From Gemmatimonadota bacterium (lineage in GTDB: Bacteria > Gemmatimonadota > Gemmatimonadetes > Longimicrobiales > RSA9), in contig JBBDRO010000018.1 of the NCBI GenBank assembly GCA_040905425.1, positions 2,842-25,632 on the forward strand: DNA of 22,791 bases, read 5' to 3'. The position numbers were made by a program, and so were the translations under genes. The notes below the pieces were generated by a model. That model saw only the letters and a list, made by a program, of their open reading frames with translations, searched no databases and was not told the origin of the DNA. Each line of letters begins with the position of its first letter. The first letter of the stretch is position 1. This document shows, one piece after another, positions 17,086-22,791 of the stretch.

Positions 17086-17577
17086 ATGCGTTGGACGGCA
17101 ATGGCCGCGCTGGCCGTGGGGCTCGCGGCGGGGTGCGGTGGATCGGGGGACGCGGAGGAAGCGGCGGAAGCGGCGGCCGCGGCGGAGGACGCGGCGCTGG
17201 CCAGGCAGGCGGAGGCGGAGAGCGCCTTCACGCTGGCTACCTTCGACACCATCGCGTGGAAAGCCGACAGCATGGCGCACAACCGGGGCGCCGTGGTCTG
17301 GATGTTCAGTTGCCAGAAGTGCCACGGGCAGTACGGGCGGGGCGACGGGGGCTTCGTGCAGGGTGGGGACACGCTGCGACCGCCCGACTTCCTGGATCCG
17401 GACTGGGCGCCCGGCGAAAATCATGCGGAGCTGCTCCGCCTGATCTCCACGGGGGCGGTGCGGGGCATGCCCCACTGGGGGCTCGAGGAGCGGTTCAGGG
17501 CGCGCGACATCGACGCGGCGGCCTGGTACATACAGGAGGTGCTGCGTCAGGGGATCGACCCGGCCGCGGGCACCTGA
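17086..17577 (+). CDS. Monohaem class I cytochrome c lipoprotein
   Basis: Lipobox LAAGC, haem motif CQKCH followed by GQYGRGDG, and a candidate axial Met in GMPHWG. Purine-rich RBS before ATG 17086. Confidence 0.85.
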   Translation: MRWTAMAALAVGLAAGCGGSGDAEEAAEAAAAAEDAALARQAEAESAFTLATFDTIAWKADSMAHNRGAVVWMFSCQKCHGQYGRGDGGFVQGGDTLRPPDFLDPDWAPGENHAELLRLISTGAVRGMPHWGLEERFRARDIDAAAWYIQEVLRQGIDPAAGT

Positions 17578-17616
17578 GCCAGGGCGTGCCGGGGGGCACG
17601 CCGTGAAGGAAGGCAG

Positions 17617-18063
17617 ATGACGGAGAGCAAGCGACGCGGCTCGCGGGACATGAGCGCCGAGGAGGTCGAGGCCTTCCTGGCGCGCAACTACTGGGGCGTG
17701 CTGTCCACGGCGGCCGGGGACGAGGCGTATGCCGTCCCCATCATCTTCGGCCGCCGGGGCAGCCGCTTCTACTCGGTGGTGGGGCCCGGCCGCAAGGTGG
17801 AGAACATCGAGGCCAACCCGCGCGTCTGCCTGACCGTGGTGGAGGTGGAGGACATGGCCCGCCGCTGGCGCTCCGTGGTGGTGCTGGGAGACGCCGGCTG
17901 GGTGGAGGACGAGGCGGGCGTGGCCGCAGCGCTGGACGTCATCCGCGCGCAGTATCCGGGCGCGCCCACCCGCAGCTCCTCGGGCGCGGCGGGGCTGGCG
18001 GCCATGGGCTTCCGGGTGCTGGCTGTGGAGGGCGCGGAGATCACCGGCCGCGTCCAGGAGTAG
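17617..18063 (+). CDS. Pyridoxamine 5'-phosphate oxidase-like (split-barrel, NimA-like) flavin-binding protein
   Basis: WGVLS, YAVPIIF, GRKVENIEANPRVCLTV, WRSVVVLG and EITGR are typical of the PNPOx-like family. Confidence 0.85.
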   Translation: MTESKRRGSRDMSAEEVEAFLARNYWGVLSTAAGDEAYAVPIIFGRRGSRFYSVVGPGRKVENIEANPRVCLTVVEVEDMARRWRSVVVLGDAGWVEDEAGVAAALDVIRAQYPGAPTRSSSGAAGLAAMGFRVLAVEGAEITGRVQE

Positions 18064-18095
18064 GGAAGGAGCTCAGGTGGATGTGAGCTGCGCGC

Positions 18096-18452
18096 TCAGG
18101 CGGTCGGGAGCGCCTGGCGCCGCACGCGGATGTGCCCCGCCAGGTCGTGGTCCACGGCCAGTTCCGCGAAGCCCACCCGGAAGACGAATGCGGGATAGCG
18201 TTGCACCAGCATCACCTCCACGCCCGGCAACACCCCCATCCCCGCCAGCTTGCACGACGCCGTGCTGCCCGGCTCCTCCAGGCACGAGACCGTGGCCCGC
18301 TCGCCCGGGCGCAGGGCCGTCAGGTGCACCGTGCCGCACGCGGCCGCCGCGCAGTGGTCGATGGTGGGTACCGGCTCACCCGCGGGACACGCCTCTCCCC
18401 ATGCGGGCAGCGCGCCCGCCAGCCGCGCCCGGAGGCGCTCACCCAGCTTCAT
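18096..18452 (-). CDS. feoA: FeoA family protein with a Cys/His-containing N-terminal extension
   Basis: LTALRPGERATV, KLAGMGVLPGVEV and ELAVDHDLAGHIRV (SH3-like FeoA pattern). GGAGG upstream of ATG 18452; adjacent to feoB. Confidence 0.85.
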   Translation of the reverse strand: MKLGERLRARLAGALPAWGEACPAGEPVPTIDHCAAAACGTVHLTALRPGERATVSCLEEPGSTASCKLAGMGVLPGVEVMLVQRYPAFVFRVGFAELAVDHDLAGHIRVRRQALPTA

Positions 18453-18639
18453 GACCCGCCTCCTTCCGGCGTTGGTTCCATGCCCGTACCCGGGCCACCC
18501 AGGCGGGCACCCCGGGGTTTTCATAGCCACAGGACGGGCAGCGCACGAGCCCGCAATCGGCGCCCAGCGGACAGCGCTGGCATGCGCTCTGGGCGCGGTC
18601 CTCCTCGAACGCGGTGCCGCAGAATCCGCACGTCACCAT
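18439..18639 (-). CDS. 66-aa Cys-rich protein (CxxC-x12-CxxC-x5-C-x4-CxxC), putative Zn or Fe-S binding
   Basis: MVTCGFCGTAFEEDRAQSACQRCPLGADCGLVRCPSCGYENP. It overlaps both the feoB stop and the feoA start. Confidence 0.75.
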   Translation of the reverse strand: MVTCGFCGTAFEEDRAQSACQRCPLGADCGLVRCPSCGYENPGVPAWVARVRAWNQRRKEAGHEAG

Positions 18640-20681
18640 CCCGCCCCCCGCAGCACGATGTTGAGCAGCCAGCCGGCCCCGAAGGCGAACGGCGTGATGA
18701 AGGCCACCATGCCGAGCGCCGTCTTCACGCCGCGCTCACGGATCATCATGAGGAACTGCGCCACGCACGGGACGAAGAGTGTGAGCGTCACGGCGGCCAC
18801 CGTGAGCTGCCGCATGCCCAGCATGCCCGTCTGTCCCAGATCGAAGAGGCCGGCGGCGCCGTAGTCACGGCGGAAGAAGCCGAAGAGGAAGATCTCCGCC
18901 GTCTCGGCCGGCAGCCCGAGCAGGGCCACCACGGGCTCCAGCCCCGCCACGATGAGCGCCAGCACGCCCGTCCACGAGCCCGCCCAGATGAGGACGCTGG
19001 CCAGCAGGAAGAGCGGCAGCACCTCGCGGAAGTACCAGTGCACCCGGGTGTAGGTCTTCATCAGCACGTTGCCCGGGCGGGGCAGCCGCAGCGGCGGCAA
19101 CTCCATGTGGAAGCTGGCCGCCTGGCCCGGCATGAGCCGCGCGCTGATGAGCCCCACCAGGAAGAAGACGCCCAGCAGGGAGAGCGCCCAGACGCCCAGC
19201 GCTGCCGGGTAGGGCGCCAGCACGGCAATGATGACGCCGAGCTGCGCGGAGCAGGGGATGGCCAGCGCCAGCAGCAGGGTGGCCAGGACCCGCTCGCGGC
19301 GGGTCTCCAGGGTGCGCGTTACCATGGTGGCCATGGTGTCACAGGCAAAGCCCAGCACCATGGGGATGACCGCCCGTCCCGACAGGCCGATGCGCTTGAA
19401 GGCGCGATCCACGAGCAGCGCCAGGCGCGGGAAGTAGCCGCTGTCCTCGAGCACCGAGAAGAAAAGGAAGAAGGTGGCCACCACGGGCAGCACGATGGCC
19501 ACGGCGTAGCGCACGCCCAGCGTGAGCACGCCGTACTCGCCCACGAAAAGGGTGCGCACCAGCTCCCACGGCACGAACGCAAAGAGGCCCTCCAGCCAGG
19601 GGTTGATGCGCTGCTCGAAGAGGCCGGTCTCGATGGCGTCCACCAGCGTACCGGCGCCGAACAGCCCCACGAACTGGTACAGGCCGAAGTAGAGCACCAC
19701 GGCCAGCACGGGCAGCCCGGTGAGCGGGCGCGCGAGCAGCCGGCCCAGCGCGTCGCGCACGGGCGTGCGGACCTCCCGCGCCCCGCTCATCACGTCCTCG
19801 GACAGCCGGTCGGCGGCGCGCTGGCGCTCGTAGGCCACGCGATAGGAGGAGGGATCCGGCAATTCCTGCTGCGTCCCCACCAGCGCCGCGCGCACCGCGG
19901 CGCCACCGTCGGGCTCCGTGGCGTGCACCAGGTCGGCCGTGGACGCGTCCCCCTGGAGGTAGAGCGCGGCCAGCGCCGCGGGCGCCACGGGGTAGACGCC
20001 CGCGAGCCGCTCCTCGAGCGCGGCCAGGGCGTGCCCCACGCCGTTGGCATAGACAGTGGTGGGCGGAGCCGACCGGGACCGCGCGCGCCGAATTGCGCGC
20101 CCCAAGTCCGCGAGTCCACGACCGGACACCGCCACCACGGGTACGATTTCCACGCCCAGGCGCTCCGCCAGCCGCATGTGGTCCACACGCACGCCCAGAC
20201 GGTCCGCCTCGTCCATCATGTTGAGCGCCACCACCAGCGGCCGCCCGGTCTCGGCCAGCTGCAGCGTGAGCGGCAGCATGCGCTCCAGGTTCTTGGCGTC
20301 CACCACGTGCACCAGCACGTCGTAGGCGCCGCCCAGCACGATGCGCTGGCTGACCCGCTCCTCCTCCGTGGTGGGGAGCATGGAGTACATGCCGGGCGTA
20401 TCCACGATCTCCACCCGCTGCCCGTCCAGGTGGGTGTGCCCGCGCGCCACCTCCACCGAGGTGCCGGGATAGTTCGAGACGGCTACGTAGGCGCCGGTGA
20501 GGCGGTTGAAGAGCGCGCTCTTGCCCACGTTCGGCGCGCCGGCCAGGACCACCCGGAGGGTGAGCTGGCCGCCGTCGCGGACGGCGGGCGGTGGCGCCTG
20601 CCGGGCATCGTCGCTTCCATGGCAGGCATGACCGGGGGCGGTCCCGGCCGGTGGCGGCGCGAGCGTGAGCGGCGGATTCAC
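18633..20681 (-). CDS. feoB: Ferrous iron transporter FeoB
   Basis: G1 GAPNVGKS, G2 NYPGTSVE, G3 DTPGMYS and G4 NMMDEA, plus the membrane motifs LEDSGYFPRLA, LGFAC, IPCSAQ, FHMELPP and LFVPCVA. GTG 20681 overlaps the radical SAM stop (GTGA), with AGGAGG upstream. Confidence 0.95.
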   Translation of the reverse strand: MNPPLTLAPPPAGTAPGHACHGSDDARQAPPPAVRDGGQLTLRVVLAGAPNVGKSALFNRLTGAYVAVSNYPGTSVEVARGHTHLDGQRVEIVDTPGMYSMLPTTEEERVSQRIVLGGAYDVLVHVVDAKNLERMLPLTLQLAETGRPLVVALNMMDEADRLGVRVDHMRLAERLGVEIVPVVAVSGRGLADLGRAIRRARSRSAPPTTVYANGVGHALAALEERLAGVYPVAPAALAALYLQGDASTADLVHATEPDGGAAVRAALVGTQQELPDPSSYRVAYERQRAADRLSEDVMSGAREVRTPVRDALGRLLARPLTGLPVLAVVLYFGLYQFVGLFGAGTLVDAIETGLFEQRINPWLEGLFAFVPWELVRTLFVGEYGVLTLGVRYAVAIVLPVVATFFLFFSVLEDSGYFPRLALLVDRAFKRIGLSGRAVIPMVLGFACDTMATMVTRTLETRRERVLATLLLALAIPCSAQLGVIIAVLAPYPAALGVWALSLLGVFFLVGLISARLMPGQAASFHMELPPLRLPRPGNVLMKTYTRVHWYFREVLPLFLLASVLIWAGSWTGVLALIVAGLEPVVALLGLPAETAEIFLFGFFRRDYGAAGLFDLGQTGMLGMRQLTVAAVTLTLFVPCVAQFLMMIRERGVKTALGMVAFITPFAFGAGWLLNIVLRGAGW

Positions 20682-21961
20682 GGCACCCCGGCCTCCTGCT
20701 GCGGCCGCACCGGGCGGCCATCGTGGACCGGCAGCGAGCGGACCAGCTTGTTGCGCCGCGCGAAGTACGCCTCGGTTGGCTCGGCCTGGCCGGCCTCCAC
20801 CATGCGCCGCCAGCGCACGGGCTCGTGCGCGCAGTACGGCTCCGCCTCGTGCCAGTCCCCGGTGACGGCGTAGGCGCGGGCGCGGCTGCCGCCGCACACC
20901 GGCCGGTACTCGCAGACCGCGCACTTCCCCTTCAGGTTGGCCCGGTCGCGCAGCGCGGTGAAGATGGGCGCCGTGCGGTAGACTCCCACCAGGTCATCCT
21001 CCCGGACGTTGCCCGCCCTGAGCGGCAGGAAGCCGGAGGGCATGATGTCCCCGGTGTGGCTGATGAAGAGGAAGCCGTCCCCGTCGTTGACGTTGCCCGC
21101 GCGGCCGATGCCGTCCTTGAGGGAGTGCGCCAGCCCGTCGGTCATGAGGCCGCCGGCGTCCTGGCGCAGGCCCTCGCGCCGCTCGGCCACCTTGCGCTCC
21201 AGCACCACGCGATTGTACTGCGGCGCGGCGGTGGCCTTGATGTCGAACGGGGCAGTCTTCGAGAGATCGTAGAGCCGGTTGAAGACGGCCTCGAACTCGT
21301 CGGGGCCGGCCACGTCCTCGGGCTTGGCGCGCCCCATCGGCACCAGGAAAAAGACCTCCCAGAAGACGATGCCCACCTGCTCCATGAGCGCACAGAGGTG
21401 GTCGAAGTCCTCCAGGTTGTGTCTGGCGACGACCGTGTTCACCTGCGTGGTCATCCCCACCTCCTGCGCGGTCTTCAGGATGCGCAGGCCGTGTCCGAAG
21501 GAGCCCTCGACGCGGCGGAACTCGTCGTGGATCTCCGGGCAGGAGCCGTCCAGGCTGATGGCCAGCCGGGCCAGCCCCGCGTCCTTCAGCTGCTGGATCA
21601 TCTCCTTCGAGCAGAGCGGCGTGGTGGCCGGCGTGGCCGCCATGCGCAGGCCCAGCTCGTGACCGTAGGCCACCAGCTCCAGGATGTCGGGGCGCTTCAG
21701 GCAGTCCCCGCCGCTGAAGACGAAGATGATGGGGCCGAAGGCACGCACGCGCTCGAGCATGCGCTTGGCCTCCGCGGTGGACAGCTCGTCGGGATGACGA
21801 TCCGGCTGCGCCTCCGCCCTGCAGTGCTTGCAGGCAAGGTCGCACGCCTGGGTGGTTTCCCAGATGACCAGAAAGGGTGCCCTGGCAAAGTCCATGGGCG
21901 GCATCCCGCCACCCTTGCCGTTGCCATGGCCGTGGCCATGGGTGCGCTGCGCGTTCTTCAC
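20678..21961 (-). CDS. Radical SAM/SPASM protein of the TIGR04053 / AhbD-NirJ-like group
   Basis: PFLVIWETTQACDLACKHCRA (CxxxCxxC), FSGGD, ISLDG, HDEFR and C-terminal GKCAVCEYRPVCGGSRARAYA...EPYC. GTG 21961 has GGAG 7 nt upstream. Confidence 0.85.
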   Translation of the reverse strand: MKNAQRTHGHGHGNGKGGGMPPMDFARAPFLVIWETTQACDLACKHCRAEAQPDRHPDELSTAEAKRMLERVRAFGPIIFVFSGGDCLKRPDILELVAYGHELGLRMAATPATTPLCSKEMIQQLKDAGLARLAISLDGSCPEIHDEFRRVEGSFGHGLRILKTAQEVGMTTQVNTVVARHNLEDFDHLCALMEQVGIVFWEVFFLVPMGRAKPEDVAGPDEFEAVFNRLYDLSKTAPFDIKATAAPQYNRVVLERKVAERREGLRQDAGGLMTDGLAHSLKDGIGRAGNVNDGDGFLFISHTGDIMPSGFLPLRAGNVREDDLVGVYRTAPIFTALRDRANLKGKCAVCEYRPVCGGSRARAYAVTGDWHEAEPYCAHEPVRWRRMVEAGQAEPTEAYFARRNKLVRSLPVHDGRPVRPQQEAGVP

Positions 21962-22249
21962 GTGTCCGCTCCGGACTTGGGGTTCCGGGGTGGGCGGCAG
22001 CCGAGCCGCTCCCACATCGACCAAGCTAGGCGGCGGCCAGGGGGGCGTCTGTCAGCGGAAAGCCGAATTTTCTGTGGGGGGTGATACCCGTTCTCACGTG
22101 GGGGAACGCCGCGCGGGGTACGCGATCGAGGGCGCATCCGCCGCCGGGGGGCATGGGCGGGCGCGATCATGCGGTGGCGTCTTGCCGTGGCGCCTTGCGG
22201 TGGCGCCTTGCGGTGCGTTCGGAGAACGAAAACGGAAGTTGTTGTGCCG

Positions 22250-22288
22250 CAACGATTATATCCTGCATTCTATAGAATATAGTCGTTG
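22250..22288. promoter_or_regulatory. AT-rich imperfect inverted repeat with an internal perfect palindrome; candidate operator or promoter
   Basis: CAACGATTATATCCT-N9-AGAATATAGTCGTTG, with the perfect palindrome ATTCTATAGAAT at 22267-22278, ~290 nt upstream of the radical SAM start. Confidence 0.5.
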
Positions 22289-22400
22289 TGCCCCAGCGCT
22301 TCCCTGCGTGGAAGTCCGAGTGCCGCGCGCAGGCGATCCTCCACTTCCAGGACGCGCGCCGGGGCGGAGGCGGACGTGGACGGCCGCCGACGCGGACGGG

Positions 22401-22535
22401 GGGCGCTGCTCGATGCTGGCGGGGGCGCGTGCTTGGCGCTGGCGAGGGCGCGTGCTCGGCGCCGGCGGGAGGCGCGTGCTCGGCGCTGGCGGGAGGCGCA
22501 TGCTCGGCGCTGGCGGGAGGCGCGTGGGCGGCGCG
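22401..22535. repeat. 23-24-bp tandem repeat, ~5.5 copies (GGCGCGTGCTCGGCGCTGGCGGGA)
   Basis: Near-identical copies start at 22447, 22471 and 22495, with degenerate copies on both sides. Confidence 0.85.
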
Positions 22536-22565
22536 CTGATGCACGTTGCTGGCTGAGCTGCCGGC

Positions 22566-22737
22566 GCAAAAATGCACAATGGCCGGCCGTTGCGAGACGG
22601 TTGTGCAGTTTGGCTCGTCTGGAGGGGCAGAATGCACAATCAGGCAGGTCGAGGGAGGACGGTTGTGCAGTTTTGCGGCCCTATCGACGGCAAAACGCAC
22701 AACGGCCCGCGCGCGAGGGCCGGTTGCGCGCTTTTGC
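22566..22737. repeat. Array of three ~62-bp-periodic palindromic units (GCAAAAnTGCACAA ... TTGTGCAGTTTTGC) with variable interiors
   Basis: Units at 22566-22614, 22627-22676 and 22690-22737. The arms are inverted copies of each other; the 18-20-nt interiors differ. Confidence 0.8.
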
Positions 22738-22791
22738 GTCCGCCGGGAGCGGGTGCCGACCTCCAGACGGCCGCCGGCGCGGGGAGAGCCC

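Noticed and set aside
20682..20924. Extended FeoB N-terminus from the ORF track (start 20924)
   Set aside because: It overlaps the radical SAM gene by ~245 nt. GTG 20681, with AGGAGG and a GTGA overlap, is a better start.
18132..22084. Long plus-strand ORFs (18132-20873, 20723-22084)
   Set aside because: Antisense shadows of feoB and the radical SAM gene.
22167..22700. ORFs with repeated peptides (HAPPASAE, RRVLGAGG)
   Set aside because: They are translations of the 24-bp DNA repeat in several frames, with atypical codon usage and no convincing RBS.
22401..22737. Possible CRISPR array
   Set aside because: The 24-bp repeats have no spacers, the ~62-bp units are built from inverted degenerate arms, and no cas genes are present in the window.

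Overview
High-GC bacterial DNA. The gene content (tandem secreted M14 peptidases, a 6-bladed propeller lipoprotein, a duplicated orphan ABC permease, GH109) resembles Gemmatimonadota or Acidobacteriota; this is inference only. In order: (1) two tandem ~990-aa secreted M14-type zinc carboxypeptidase paralogues (minus strand); (2) a small membrane-anchored protein; (3) a plus-strand run of a frameshifted beta-propeller lipoprotein, a DUF1028/Ntn-hydrolase-like protein, a sugar-1-phosphate nucleotidyltransferase and a galactokinase-like GHMP kinase with an altered sugar-binding motif; (4) a repeat-rich spacer, a small membrane protein, a Tat-exported GH109 glycosidase and arfB; (5) a duplicated MacB/FtsX-type orphan permease; (6) a monohaem cytochrome c lipoprotein and a PNPOx-like protein; (7) a tightly coupled minus-strand operon of an AhbD/TIGR04053-like radical SAM protein, feoB, a 66-aa seven-Cys protein and feoA, with an AT-rich palindrome upstream. 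The best leads are the radical SAM-Feo operon, a possible sugar-salvage pathway, two ~60-bp-periodic arrays of palindromic units with variable interiors, and a 29-bp duplication that creates a 10-codon ORF bridging GH109 and arfB. No rRNA, tRNA, transposase or cas genes were recognised. All family calls come from motif recognition, not database searches.
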